Shown here: positions 47,886-57,667 of the stretch, piece after piece
Numbering within the stretch: the stretch's first letter is position 1
Layout of the letters: every line of letters begins with the position of its first letter
Source: Dehalococcoidia bacterium
GTDB taxonomy: Bacteria > Chloroflexota > Dehalococcoidia > Lucifugimonadales > Australimonadaceae
DNA: 64,000 nt
Assembly (NCBI GenBank): GCA_965249325.1
Contig: CBDFLP010000019.1
Location: 24,950 to 88,949 of the forward strand
Direction of reading: 5' to 3'
Made by a program: the position numbers and the translations under genes
Notes under the pieces: model-generated
The model's input: only the letters and a program-made list of their open reading frames with translations
Told to the model about the DNA's origin: nothing
Databases searched by the model: none

Positions 47886-49052
47886 CTAGCTCCAGAGCGC
47901 TTCGCTGGCGATGCGGGCGCCCTCGGACATGGCGCTGAACTTGGCCCAGCAGACCTTGGCCTGCCCCACCCGCGTGCCTAGGCCGCAGTCCGTGCCGGCC
48001 ATGAGGTTCTCCTTGCCCACCAGCTCCGCGTACTGCATGAGGCGCTCCGCGACCAGCTCGGGGTGCTCGACGAAGTCGCTGAAGTGGCCGACCACGCCCG
48101 GTATGAGGGTGGCTCCCTCGGGAAGCTTCACGTCTTTCCACACTGCCCATTCGTGCGCGTGGCGGACGTTCGACGCCTCGACGGAGTAGGTCTGCGCCTT
48201 GACACTGAGGAAGAGGTCGACGACATCTTTGAGCGGGATGTCGTACACGTGGGGGCCGTGGTAGCTCCCCCAGCAGACGTGAAGGCGTATCTGCTCGCGG
48301 GGGATGTCGCGCAGCGCGTAGTTCAGCACGTCGACCCGAATCTCGGCGTACTTCCGGTACTCCGACACGTCCAAGTCCGTCTTGATCTGCCACGCGTCGA
48401 ACAGGTCGGGGTCGTCAATCTGGAGGACGAGTCCCGCGTCGGCTATCGCCTTGTACTCCTCGTGCATGGCGTCCCCCATTGCGTAGAGGAACTCCTCCTG
48501 GCTCGAGTAGTGCTCGTTCCAGAGCCAGTGCTCGATGCTGCCGGGCGCCACTCCGGGCAGGAACGGCTCCGCGTCGCCGATGTCGGTCTCGGACAGCACC
48601 GCTTTGAAGCGCGCGATGTCGGCGTTCACGAGGTCGCGCCCCGCGTACGTGACCGGCCCCACGCAGAACAGCTGACGTTCCCTCGGCCGCCCGACGGTGA
48701 AGCCGTGGGGGGAAGCGAAGTACTCGGGAAACTCGAGGCGGTCCCTCGCGGATATCTGCATCGGCTCGGGCCCGTCGCCCTCGGAGAAGACCCGCATCTG
48801 GATGCCGCCGAGGCGCTCGTTGGCGTAGTTCGTGAAGTTGGTCTTGCTCAGCTCGCCGTCGTTGATGCTGTCGATGCCGCATTCGAGCTGGAGGCGGACG
48901 ACCTCGGCCACGGCCTCCTTGAGACGGGTTTCGAGGGCCGCTGGGTCCTGGAGCGTCCCCGCCGCCTTGGCCGCGACCATCTCACGCACGTCATCCGGCC
49001 TCGGCAGGCTTCCCGCGTGCATCGTTCGAATACGGTCCGTGCTGCGCTTCAT
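47886..49052 (-). CDS. Cobalamin-independent methionine synthase II (MetE C-terminal domain-like) family protein
   Basis: HAGSLPRP, INDGELSK, IRLHVCWGSYHGPH, AGTDCGLG. Confidence 0.65.
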   Translation of the reverse strand: MKRSTDRIRTMHAGSLPRPDDVREMVAAKAAGTLQDPAALETRLKEAVAEVVRLQLECGIDSINDGELSKTNFTNYANERLGGIQMRVFSEGDGPEPMQISARDRLEFPEYFASPHGFTVGRPRERQLFCVGPVTYAGRDLVNADIARFKAVLSETDIGDAEPFLPGVAPGSIEHWLWNEHYSSQEEFLYAMGDAMHEEYKAIADAGLVLQIDDPDLFDAWQIKTDLDVSEYRKYAEIRVDVLNYALRDIPREQIRLHVCWGSYHGPHVYDIPLKDVVDLFLSVKAQTYSVEASNVRHAHEWAVWKDVKLPEGATLIPGVVGHFSDFVEHPELVAERLMQYAELVGKENLMAGTDCGLGTRVGQAKVCWAKFSAMSEGARIASEALWS

Positions 49053-49079
49053 GGCGCCTCCTGACAGCGTGGTGTGGAG

Positions 49080-49664
49080 TTAGGCGCTCCACCCATCGCG
49101 CCCGTCGAAGTCCAGGTGGGCCTTGCTGGGCGTCGGGTCCTGGTCGCCTTGGTACTTGGAGCCGAGCTCCGCCGAGCCGTAGAGAACGTCGGCCGGAGTC
49201 GTCAGCCGGAGGAACGATATCTGGCCGATACGCATCCGGTGGTAGAGCGTGATCGGCAGCTTGGAGACGTTGCTTAGCTCGAGGGTCAGATGCCCCTTCC
49301 ATCCGGGGTCGACGTACCCCGCCGTCGAGTGGATGAGCAGGCCGATGCGTCCGAGCGAGCTCTTGCCTTCGAGGCGCGCCACCAAGTTGGCGGGCACTTC
49401 GATGTGCTCCAAGGTGCTGCCTAGCACGAACTCGCCGGGGTGCAGCATGAACGGATCGTCGTCGCCTACCGTGACCACCTCGGTGAGACGCTCGCTGGTC
49501 GCACGCACGTCGATATAAGGCACCCGGTTGTTCTGGAACACGAGGAGGTTGCGGTCCAGGTGCAGGTCGACGCTGGCGGGCTGGATGCAGCCGTCGCCCA
49601 GCGGACTTATAACGATCCGCCCTTCGGCGAGCTCCTCGCGTATGGACCGGTCGCTCAGGACCAT
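49080..49664 (-). CDS. dcd: dCTP deaminase
   Basis: MVLSDRSIREELAEGRI, GKSSLGRIGLLIH, PGWKGHLTLELSN. Confidence 0.9.
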   Translation of the reverse strand: MVLSDRSIREELAEGRIVISPLGDGCIQPASVDLHLDRNLLVFQNNRVPYIDVRATSERLTEVVTVGDDDPFMLHPGEFVLGSTLEHIEVPANLVARLEGKSSLGRIGLLIHSTAGYVDPGWKGHLTLELSNVSKLPITLYHRMRIGQISFLRLTTPADVLYGSAELGSKYQGDQDPTPSKAHLDFDGRDGWSA

Positions 49665-49802
49665 CGACGCCTCCCCTCAGCGGCGGCATTCTAGCAGGCA
49701 CCGCCGCTGAGGACAGGCCGACCTGTACAATGAGCCCGCTTCGATATCCCTCCACCGTTTCGCGGAGAGGCCAGGAGGGACCGTGGCGCGGGAGCATCCC
49801 CA

Positions 49803-50300
49803 ATGAATAGCTGGTCGACCCGGTGGCTGATCGGAACGGGAGCGGCGATTGCCGTACTGGTGATTGCGAGCGTGCTCGTGGCCGTTCTGGCGGGCGGCGG
49901 GGACGCGGAAACGTTTCCCGAAGACTCCCCGGAGGGCGTCGTCCAGCGCTACCTGCAGGCCATCAACGACGACGACTTCCAGGCGGCTTACGGCTACCTC
50001 AACGCTGACCTCCATGAAAGATGTACGCTCCAAGAGTTCCGCGAGAGGACCCGTTGGAATTCGGACGAGGACCACCGCGTCGTCTTGGAGGGGACTGAGG
50101 TCTTGGGAAGCCGGACCATCGTCATGGTCCGCGTTTCGCAGGTCCGCACGGACGCGCCCTTTGCGCCCAGCGAGTCGTCTTACCAGCGGGAGTACACCCT
50201 CGAACAGCAGGACGGCGCGTGGCGCTTCACCGAGCCGGCCTGGCCGCTGAACTACTGCCCGCCAGCGGAGAAGATCCCAGAGCCCAGCGTGGCGGGTTAG
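49803..50300 (+). CDS. Membrane-anchored hypothetical protein (NTF2/SnoaL-like fold suspected)
   Basis: N-terminal TM helix, then VVQRYLQAINDDDFQAAYGYLNADL. Confidence 0.5.
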   Translation: MNSWSTRWLIGTGAAIAVLVIASVLVAVLAGGGDAETFPEDSPEGVVQRYLQAINDDDFQAAYGYLNADLHERCTLQEFRERTRWNSDEDHRVVLEGTEVLGSRTIVMVRVSQVRTDAPFAPSESSYQREYTLEQQDGAWRFTEPAWPLNYCPPAEKIPEPSVAG

Positions 50301-50309
50301 GGGCCGGCC

Positions 50310-52145
50310 TTGGGTTTCGGGCTTGAATTCCTCATCGTTCTCCTGCTACCGCTGGGAGTGCTGGCCGCCATTGTGATTGTTGTGGTCGCCCTGTTCCGGC
50401 GCGCCGGAGATAGGACCGATCTCGACGACCCCGGCATAGGCTCCCTCAAGCGGCTGTACTACTACCTGCTCGGCTTTGCCGCCTTGGCAGTCGCCTCCGC
50501 GGGCGTGACCCTTCTGGTGAGGGGGCTGCTGGAGGTCATCGCCGGAGAGCGGGTCATCGCCGGAGGAGAAGCGGAGCTTGCCCTTGCGCTGGCCCTGACC
50601 CTCGTGGGAACGCCCCTCTGGCTGTACCTGTGGAGCTTGGCCCAACGCTCCCTCCGCGAGCACCCCGTCGAAGCGGGGACCCTCGGCCGGAAGCTCTACG
50701 TGTACCTCGTGCTGGGCTGGGCGGCGGGGATAGCCGCCGGCGGGCTCGTTTCGCTGCTGATGAACGTCTTCAGCACCGATGACGACTTCAGCCCCGGCCA
50801 GCTCGCGCTCCCCTTAGTCATGGGCGGCGTGTGGTGGTTTCACTGGCGCAGCGAGGCCGTGGAGGGCCAGCCCACCGAGGCGGCCCTGCTCGTGCGGCGG
50901 CTGTACGTCTACATAACCGGCGCATACGGCCTGGCCCTCCTCGCGATAGGCGGAGGACTCATCCTCGCCGGCGTCTTCACCAGCGCCTACGATGCGCTCG
51001 TGGGGACCCTGCTGGTCTCCCCCGGCGGCGCACCCATCTGGAACCCGGACGTCCGCGCGGGCGCGCCGATGGCGATCGTGGGTGCCATCTGGTGGTGGTG
51101 GCACTGGCTGCGGGTCGCGGACGCTGACGAGCAGTCGGCGCCTCGGCAGATATACCTCTATCTCTACACCGTCCTGGGTGGGGCCGTAACGGTCGTGGTC
51201 TCCTTCAGCGTCGCAATGGATGGACTGCTGCTGTGGGTGATGGGCGCTGCGGACGTCAGTGCGGCCGCTGTTCACTTCCGGTTCCTTCCCGCCGATCTAG
51301 CAGGGCTTGCCGTTGGCGGCGGGTTATGGGGTTACCACGCAGCGGTCATTCACCAAGAGACCGGCGTTCTGGACGGCGGACAGACAGCCGCGCGGCGAGT
51401 GTACCGCTACCTCGTGGCCGCCCTTGGTCTGGGAGTGATGGCCGCCGGCCTCGTCCTGCTGATCGGCGTCGCGGTGGGTACGCTCGCGCCTCAGACCGGC
51501 GACACGCTGGCCGGGCGCGACTGGTGGAAGCAGCCCATGAGCTGGAGCCTCACGCTAACGCTGGTGGGGGCGCTCATATGGGGCTTCTACTGGTGGGTTA
51601 TCCAGCGGACGGTCGCCGTCAGCCCGCCCGCCGGCGCGGACGAAGAGCGCGATTCCCAGTCCCGGCGCACCTTCATCTACGGCGTGTTCGGCGCCGCCGT
51701 CTTGATTGTCCTGGGCAATCTGAGCGCGCTGCTGTTCGTCGTTTTTCGGGACCTGCTGGAAGGCGAGCTTGGAGCATCCGCGCTGCAGGGCGGCAAGTGG
51801 TCCATAGGCGCTCTGCTCATGGCGGGCGCGATCGGCGTCTACCACTGGCTCATCGCCCGGCAGGACCGAGAGGCGGGCGCGGGGAAGCCCCGGGAAGCCG
51901 TCGCGCGGCCTCGCCGCAAGAGCGTCACCGTCGCAGCGGGCGCCGCCGACCCGGTGCGGCGCATCGAGGCGAGGCTCGGCTATCGAGTCCGGTGGTGGCG
52001 CACGACGGACGCCGCCGAAGCGTCCGGCCTCCCGGAAGCCGACGTGGACGGCCTAGCCGAGCAGATCAACGCGGCGCCAGGAGACAACGTCCTCGTGATG
52101 GTGGACGCTTCGGGAGCGCGCGTGCTTCCCTACGAGCCTTCCTGA
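50310..52145 (+). CDS. Polytopic membrane protein with six internal R-x-(L/I/V)-Y-x-Y repeats
   Basis: 611 aa, TTG start. KRLYYYL, RKLYVYL, RRLYVYI, RQIYLYL, RRVYRYL and RRTFIYG each precede hydrophobic helices. Soluble C-terminal ~90 aa. Confidence 0.6.
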   Translation: MGFGLEFLIVLLLPLGVLAAIVIVVVALFRRAGDRTDLDDPGIGSLKRLYYYLLGFAALAVASAGVTLLVRGLLEVIAGERVIAGGEAELALALALTLVGTPLWLYLWSLAQRSLREHPVEAGTLGRKLYVYLVLGWAAGIAAGGLVSLLMNVFSTDDDFSPGQLALPLVMGGVWWFHWRSEAVEGQPTEAALLVRRLYVYITGAYGLALLAIGGGLILAGVFTSAYDALVGTLLVSPGGAPIWNPDVRAGAPMAIVGAIWWWWHWLRVADADEQSAPRQIYLYLYTVLGGAVTVVVSFSVAMDGLLLWVMGAADVSAAAVHFRFLPADLAGLAVGGGLWGYHAAVIHQETGVLDGGQTAARRVYRYLVAALGLGVMAAGLVLLIGVAVGTLAPQTGDTLAGRDWWKQPMSWSLTLTLVGALIWGFYWWVIQRTVAVSPPAGADEERDSQSRRTFIYGVFGAAVLIVLGNLSALLFVVFRDLLEGELGASALQGGKWSIGALLMAGAIGVYHWLIARQDREAGAGKPREAVARPRRKSVTVAAGAADPVRRIEARLGYRVRWWRTTDAAEASGLPEADVDGLAEQINAAPGDNVLVMVDASGARVLPYEPS

Positions 52146-52164
52146 GCCTCCCTCCCAGCCTCGA

Positions 52165-53382
52165 CTACCGCCCGGCGAGGAGCGGCATGCCGCTGCGCTG
52201 GTTGGGCAGAGCCTGGTACTGGGTCTGCTCGGCGCCCACGTCCAAACGCTCGTTCACCTGCGCGTCGAGGAAGACGTTCATCGGCTGGGCACCGTCCTCA
52301 ACGACGGCTATCTGCTCGTCGAGGAGCTTGCGGAAGAGGATGAGGCCCTCGTCCGAGACGCCGAGCGCCTCCTTGGTGCGGTCCGCGATGGGGCCCTGGG
52401 TGACCCAGGCCATAAAGTCTTGGACGAGGGTGATGTCCAAGCGGTACTCCCCCTTGTCGTCGTAGAGCGGCAGGTCGTAGGCCGTCACGTTAGTCCGGTC
52501 CTCCAAGGGCGTGCCTTCGGGGGCGTCGGCGGCGCGGTAGAGGAGATGCCAGGTGTGGGTGTCGTCGACCGGGGCGCGGATCTGGAACGTCCCGCCGCCC
52601 TGGGGCCCGCCGCTGTTCCGGAGGATGGTGGGGAATAAGACCGGGTGCCCGGTGCGCCAGTCGTCGTTCTCGTCGGACTGTCCGGCGAGCAGGCGCTGCT
52701 TGTAGAGGCCGTGCTGGAACGAGTAGAAGCCGATCCGCTCGTGCCGCTGGACGTCGTAGAGACGGTCGTAGGCGCGGGGAACGTCCATGCCCTGGCGGTC
52801 GCGCAGGTGCTGGGTCAGGTAGGCGTGCAGCCACTCGGTGTGGACGGGGTCCATCGAGTTCTCCATGCACTGGAGCCAGTTGCACGGCACCATGGTCGTG
52901 CCCACGTTGCGGAGCAAGTCCTCGCGGACGAGCAGGTCCCAGCGGGGCAGCAGCGGCGCGGGCGACGGGCCCAGGTACGCCCAGATCAGCCCGCCGAGCT
53001 CCTCGACGGGGTAGCCGGCGATCTTGACCTTCTCCTTGAAGCGCCCGTCGGGGTGGACGGTCTCCTCGAAGGGCTGCTCGATGCACTGGCCGGTCTCGTC
53101 CATCATCCAGCCGTGGTACATGCAGCGGAGGCCGTGCTCCTCCGGGATGCCGTAGGAGAGGTCGACCCTGCGATGCGGGCAGAACCTGTCGATGAGGCCG
53201 AGCGTGCCGGACTTGTCGCGGTAGAGGACGAGGTCTTCGCTCAGAAGGCGGACGGGCTTGGTGGGCTTGTCGCGCATCTCCTGACTGGTGGCCACGACGT
53301 GCCAGTAGCGGCGCATGAGCTCGCCGCCGGGGGTCCCCGGCCCCACGTGCGTGAATCGTTCGTTCTGCTCTCTCGTGAGCAT
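52165..53382 (-). CDS. Rieske [2Fe-2S] ring-hydroxylating oxygenase, alpha subunit (paralog)
   Basis: MLTREQNERFTHVGPGTPGGELMRRYW, CPHRRVDL..CMYHGW. Start taken at Met62 of the listed ORF. Confidence 0.85.
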   Translation of the reverse strand: MLTREQNERFTHVGPGTPGGELMRRYWHVVATSQEMRDKPTKPVRLLSEDLVLYRDKSGTLGLIDRFCPHRRVDLSYGIPEEHGLRCMYHGWMMDETGQCIEQPFEETVHPDGRFKEKVKIAGYPVEELGGLIWAYLGPSPAPLLPRWDLLVREDLLRNVGTTMVPCNWLQCMENSMDPVHTEWLHAYLTQHLRDRQGMDVPRAYDRLYDVQRHERIGFYSFQHGLYKQRLLAGQSDENDDWRTGHPVLFPTILRNSGGPQGGGTFQIRAPVDDTHTWHLLYRAADAPEGTPLEDRTNVTAYDLPLYDDKGEYRLDITLVQDFMAWVTQGPIADRTKEALGVSDEGLILFRKLLDEQIAVVEDGAQPMNVFLDAQVNERLDVGAEQTQYQALPNQRSGMPLLAGR

Positions 53383-53526
53383 GGCGTCTCCTCGAATCAG
53401 GCCGGATGCCGCAACCCTAGGCGCCCGCGCCAAGCGCGTCAAGCGCGGGGCGGCAAGAGGGGTCTGCGTTCGGCTGCACAGAGGTACAATTCTGATGCGC
53501 CCTGGAAGCCAGCAGGGGAGGACTGC

Positions 53527-53760
53527 ATGAACAGAGATGATGTACTCGATACCTTGCGAGCGCACAAACAGGTCCTAGAGGAGCGCTTCGACGTGGTGGC
53601 CCTTGTCCTGTTCGGCTCCTTCGCCCGGGACCAGGCTACCGATGAAAGCGACATCGATATCTACCTAGGCATAGACGATGATGTTATATGGGACATCGTT
53701 CAGACCGATGTCCCGACCCTATTGCCCAAGCTGCGGCGATTAGTGGACTCCGCCGAGTAG
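53527..53760 (+). pseudogene. In-frame fusion remnant of an MNT (nucleotidyltransferase antitoxin) / HepT (DUF86 toxin) pair
   Basis: N-part LFGSFARDQATDESDIDIYL (MNT core) is joined directly to GIDDDVIWDIVQTDVPTLLPKLRRL, which matches the extreme C-terminus of DUF86/HepT proteins. 77 aa in total. Confidence 0.55.
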
Positions 53761-53860
53761 AAGGCCCCAATGACCACCCCCGTCATGCTGAACGAGTAAC
53801 AACCACGCCGAGGGGCCGGCGCACTCGGATCGCCTTGCCCTTCGTGGCGAGCCGGTCGGA

Positions 53861-54187
53861 CTACGTCCCCTGCGCCTCAACCTGCGCTTTCGTGTTCACC
53901 CTGTCGAACTGCGCCGTCGCGCTACTCACGTCGAACATTCCCCACGGCCCTCTGGAGCTGAACTGCCAGACGCTGACCGTCGCCGCGCCCGCGACGATGG
54001 ACGCCAGCGCGCCCTGGAAGTTGAACCTGCGCCAGTAGAGCGCAAGGATGGCGACCGGCCCGAACGCCGCGCCCATGCCGCCCCACGCGTAGCCGACGAG
54101 GCTCGCTATCGAGTCCGGCGCGACGATCGCCAGACTCCCCGCAACCCCGCCGATGAGCAGCAGCAGCGTGCGCCCCAGCCACTTCCC
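53861..54187 (-). pseudogene. Sodium:solute symporter (PutP-like) fragment, last ~108 codons only
   Basis: LVGYAWGGMGAAFGPVAILALYWRRFNFQGALASIVAGAATVSVW. The upstream part of the 485-aa ORF is non-protein-like antisense to the SDR gene. Confidence 0.6.
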
Positions 54188-54330
54188 CACCCCATGTGTT
54201 TCAGGGAAGTTCTCACTCGTAGAGGAATGTGCGGGTGGGGAACTTGTTACTCGTAACAACTGGGGAACTTCCCCACCGCGGCGCGGATGGCGGGGAAGTT
54301 GCGAAAAGGTCTCGCAGACAGGGGAGCAGG

Positions 54331-55287
54331 CTAAGGGTCGGTGGGGATGAAGGGGGCGGTGGAGTCGTCGAAGAGGAGGCTGCTGGGGAGGATGCGGCCG
54401 AGCTCCTCGGGGGTCCACTTGCCCTTGTTGCGCCAGTCCTTGTGCACCGCGCGGACTTCGGTGGGGTGGGTGTAGATGCCGTACTTGCCGCTGCCCGCGC
54501 GGAAGACGCAGCCGTTGACGTGGGAAGCGGCGTCGGTGGCGAGCCAGACGACGATGGGCGAGACGTGCTCGCCGCCGGGCCTGGCGGACGCGAGCTCGTC
54601 GCCGGCCTTCTTCGCAGGGATCCCGGCCTCGGCCAGGACCTGCGGGTGGCTGTAGTTGAGGAACCCGCGCGTCTGGGCCATCGGCGCGATGGCGTTGACG
54701 GTGATGTTGTGGTAACGCAGCTCGAAGGCCAGATCCCACGTGAGGCTGACGATGCCGCCCTTGGCCGCGCCGTAGGCCGCCCGCCCCTCGGGGTTCCGCC
54801 ACTGGCTGGACGCGGTGTTGATGATGCGGCCGGAGCGCTGCGCCATCATCAGGGGGACGGCGTGGCGGCAGGTGTTGAACGTCCCTTTCAGGTGGGTCCC
54901 GACTACCGCCGCGAAGTCCTCCGGGCTGATCTGGTGGAAGAGGCCGTCCCGCGATATCCCCGCGTTGTTCACGAGGATGTCGAGCTGCCCGTAGGCATCG
55001 ATGGCCGTCGCGATGATCTGGCCGGCCTGCCCGAAGTCGGCGACGGAGTTGTAGTTGGCGGTCGCCTCGCCGCCGTTCTCCTTGATGAGGGCGACGACCT
55101 CGTCGGCGGGGGCCACCGTGCCGCCGCTGCCGTCCCGTTCGACGCCGGGGTCGTTCACGATGACCTTGGCGCCCTCGGCGGCGAGGGCGATGGCGTGGGC
55201 CCGGCCGATGCCGCGTCCTGAGCCGGTGACGACGGCGACCTTGCCCTCGAGCCGGGCGCCCTTCGGCGGGATGTGGTCGTCTGGCAT
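54331..55287 (-). CDS. SDR-family oxidoreductase
   Basis: GKVAVVTGSGRGIGRAHAIALAAEGAKVIVND, NNAGI, YGAAK; 318 aa. Confidence 0.85.
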   Translation of the reverse strand: MPDDHIPPKGARLEGKVAVVTGSGRGIGRAHAIALAAEGAKVIVNDPGVERDGSGGTVAPADEVVALIKENGGEATANYNSVADFGQAGQIIATAIDAYGQLDILVNNAGISRDGLFHQISPEDFAAVVGTHLKGTFNTCRHAVPLMMAQRSGRIINTASSQWRNPEGRAAYGAAKGGIVSLTWDLAFELRYHNITVNAIAPMAQTRGFLNYSHPQVLAEAGIPAKKAGDELASARPGGEHVSPIVVWLATDAASHVNGCVFRAGSGKYGIYTHPTEVRAVHKDWRNKGKWTPEELGRILPSSLLFDDSTAPFIPTDP

Positions 55288-55346
55288 GGCTGTCTCCTGT
55301 GGCTATCTCCTCCTCCACGATCCTTGGGGAGGGTCGTAGAGGGGGA

Positions 55347-56270
55347 CTAGGGGATGAAGGGGGCCTTGGTCTCGCCGCCCATGACCGTCGACGGCAGGGC
55401 CTCGTCGAGCTCGTCGAGTGTCCACGGCGAGCCGTTGCCGGCCTCGCGGTAGAGCGTGCGCGACTCCGTTGGATGGGTGTAGCGGGCGACCTTGCCCGAG
55501 CCGACCCTGAAGACGACCCCGTTCACGTTCGCGGCGAGGTCGGAGGCGAGGAAGACGACGGTGGGCGAGACGAACTCCGGGCCCGCGCGGTTGCCGCCCT
55601 GCTCGGCGGGGTCCTTCTTCCGGTCGAGCCCGGCGTCGGCCAGCATGTCGCGGTAGGTGTTGTCGGCGAAGCCGCGCGTGGCGCCCATGGGGGCGATGGC
55701 GTTCACGGTGATGTTGTGATTGCGGAGCTCGAAGGCGAGCCCCCAGGTGAGAGAGACGATGGCCCCCTTCGCTGCGCCGTAGTTAGCGCGTCCCTCGGGG
55801 TTGCGCCACTGGCTGGAGGCGGTGTTGATGATGCGGCCGTAGCGCTGCTCCATCATCACCTTCACGGCGTGATGGCAGGTGTTGAACGTGCCGTAGAGGT
55901 GGACGCCCAGCAGCCCATCCCATTGCGCTTCCGTCAGCTCGTGGAAGAGGCGGTACTGGAAGGTGCCCGCGTTGTTCACGAGGATGTCGAGCCGCCCGAA
56001 GCTGTCGAGGGCCGTCTTGACGAGGTTGCCTGCGGCGGCGTAGTCCGAGACGTCGTCGTAGCTGGCGACGGCGTTCCCGCCACCCTCCCGGATGTGCGCG
56101 ACGACCTCGTCGGCCGGGCCTCGCGCGCCGCCGGTCCCGTCGCGCTCGACGCCGATGTCGTTCACGACGACGCTCGCGCCTTCCTCGGCCAGCGCGATGG
56201 CGTGCTCGCGTCCGATGCCGCGCCCGGAGCCGGTGACGATAGCCACCTTGCCATCGAGTAGATTGCCCAT
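55347..56270 (-). CDS. SDR-family oxidoreductase (tandem paralog)
   Basis: MGNLLDGKVAIVTGSGRGIGREHAIALAEEGASVVVND. Collinear with the 54331..55287 product throughout. Confidence 0.85.
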   Translation of the reverse strand: MGNLLDGKVAIVTGSGRGIGREHAIALAEEGASVVVNDIGVERDGTGGARGPADEVVAHIREGGGNAVASYDDVSDYAAAGNLVKTALDSFGRLDILVNNAGTFQYRLFHELTEAQWDGLLGVHLYGTFNTCHHAVKVMMEQRYGRIINTASSQWRNPEGRANYGAAKGAIVSLTWGLAFELRNHNITVNAIAPMGATRGFADNTYRDMLADAGLDRKKDPAEQGGNRAGPEFVSPTVVFLASDLAANVNGVVFRVGSGKVARYTHPTESRTLYREAGNGSPWTLDELDEALPSTVMGGETKAPFIP

Positions 56271-56341
56271 TGCGCCTCCGTCCCGCCGCTGGAATCGCGG
56301 GCAGTGTAGCGGCGGGCGCCGTGGTCGGCTAGTGCCCCCTC

Positions 56342-56438
56342 CCGTCATTCACGCGCAGGCGGGAACCTCGCAGCCCCCCTGTCATTGCCCCGAAGTCCTC
56401 TCCACCGTCTGCGGGGGAGAGTTAGAGAGGGGGGCCGC
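56342..56438 (-). repeat. REP-like cluster: family A (inverted), a degenerate A copy, and family B (inverted)
   Basis: CCGTCATTCACGCGCAGGCGGGAACC (56342..56367), CCTGTCATTGCCCCGAAG, and CTCTCCACCGTCTGCGGGGGAGAGTTAGAGAGGGGGGCCGC (56398..56438). Confidence 0.7.
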
Positions 56439-56480
56439 TCAGGGCGATTGGAGCTATGGGTCAGGTATGATCGTTTCGCT

Positions 56481-56816
56481 ATGGGCTGCCGGATCGAAGA
56501 GCTGATGGTTGCGTGGGACGAGAAGACTCACCGGCTCGTTATGGTGGGGGACGATACGCTCGGCTTCCGCGAGTTCGCCGCGCGCACCGATCACTGGCTG
56601 CTCACCGCCGGCGACGCTACGACCTCCACGCCGGCAGTCCGCCGGCGCGGGATCGAGGGCGACAGCGACCTCTGGAAGGTCGTGGACTCCTTCTGCGACG
56701 AGAGGGCGTTGGTCTTCCCCTGGCGATTCATGCAAATGGTCCCCGACGAGGACGTTCTGGCGCGAGCGGCGTCGGAAGGCCCTCCTCCCCCGTCGGCCGC
56801 CAACGAAGTCCCCTGA
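56481..56816 (+). CDS. Hypothetical protein (111 aa)
   Basis: MGCRIEELMVAWDEKTHRLVMVGDD.. The listed start 56385 lies inside REP sequence. Confidence 0.4.
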   Translation: MGCRIEELMVAWDEKTHRLVMVGDDTLGFREFAARTDHWLLTAGDATTSTPAVRRRGIEGDSDLWKVVDSFCDERALVFPWRFMQMVPDEDVLARAASEGPPPPSAANEVP

Positions 56817-56848
56817 CTCGCCCGCGCGGCGATGCAGCCGGAGCTGCG

Positions 56849-57532
56849 TCAGCCGGTTGCGCTTTCGCTGCTCCTGATGAGTTGCACGCCGAGGTAGACG
56901 CTCCAGGCAACCCACAGGAAGTAGCACACCCTGGGGATCATCGTGGCCTCCGCTCGCAGATCGACCACGAAGAGCCCCACGATCTGGCTGGCGAGCGCAA
57001 TGAGAGATACGAGCGCCGTTCCGTTCGCCGCGAGCGTGTTGGAGCGGCCCCGCATCCACGGACTCAGGCTCAGGACAAGGAATCCTGCGGCAGCGAACAG
57101 TCCGCCCAGGGTACGCGTCGAGGACTGCACCGCGCTGAGCGTTACACCCATCGACAGCGATTGCTCCGACGCAACGTCGATCTCCGAGATCGGGTGGTTC
57201 AACGCCTGCGTTATCCCCCACGTAGTAACGCCGAGGCCCAGGAACACGACTGCGAGCAGGGCCGCGCCAATCCCGCCGCCTTCACGAATCGCTCCCGCCT
57301 GAAGGACGATGAACCCGAACAGCAATGGCGCCAGACCGAACGGGACGATCAGCGTGGTCAAGTGCGTGAGCTCGGTGTTCGACGCCTTCGCCGTGATGCC
57401 CGCGACGGCGTCGGTCGTATCGGCGCGGTCTATCAGCAGGCCGCCCGGCTCGATCAGGAAGAAACCTAACGCGAGCAGCGACCCGATCACGAGCGCCCAT
57501 CCTCCGGACCTGTTCATTGCGGGGCTCATCAC
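56849..57532 (-). CDS. Integral membrane protein of unknown function
   Basis: 227 aa, about 6 hydrophobic helices. Confidence 0.55.
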   Translation of the reverse strand: MMSPAMNRSGGWALVIGSLLALGFFLIEPGGLLIDRADTTDAVAGITAKASNTELTHLTTLIVPFGLAPLLFGFIVLQAGAIREGGGIGAALLAVVFLGLGVTTWGITQALNHPISEIDVASEQSLSMGVTLSAVQSSTRTLGGLFAAAGFLVLSLSPWMRGRSNTLAANGTALVSLIALASQIVGLFVVDLRAEATMIPRVCYFLWVAWSVYLGVQLIRSSESATG

Positions 57533-57667
57533 ATCCTCCTTTCCAGCATGTGCGGCCTTTCCAGCGTACGCGGCGACGCTAGCAAGCCTGAGCGGGGACG
57601 GTCAAGGCGGATTGTGCGTTCAATAAGCAGTGTTCCCCTTGTAGCGCCCTGACGGTAAGCTGGGGAA

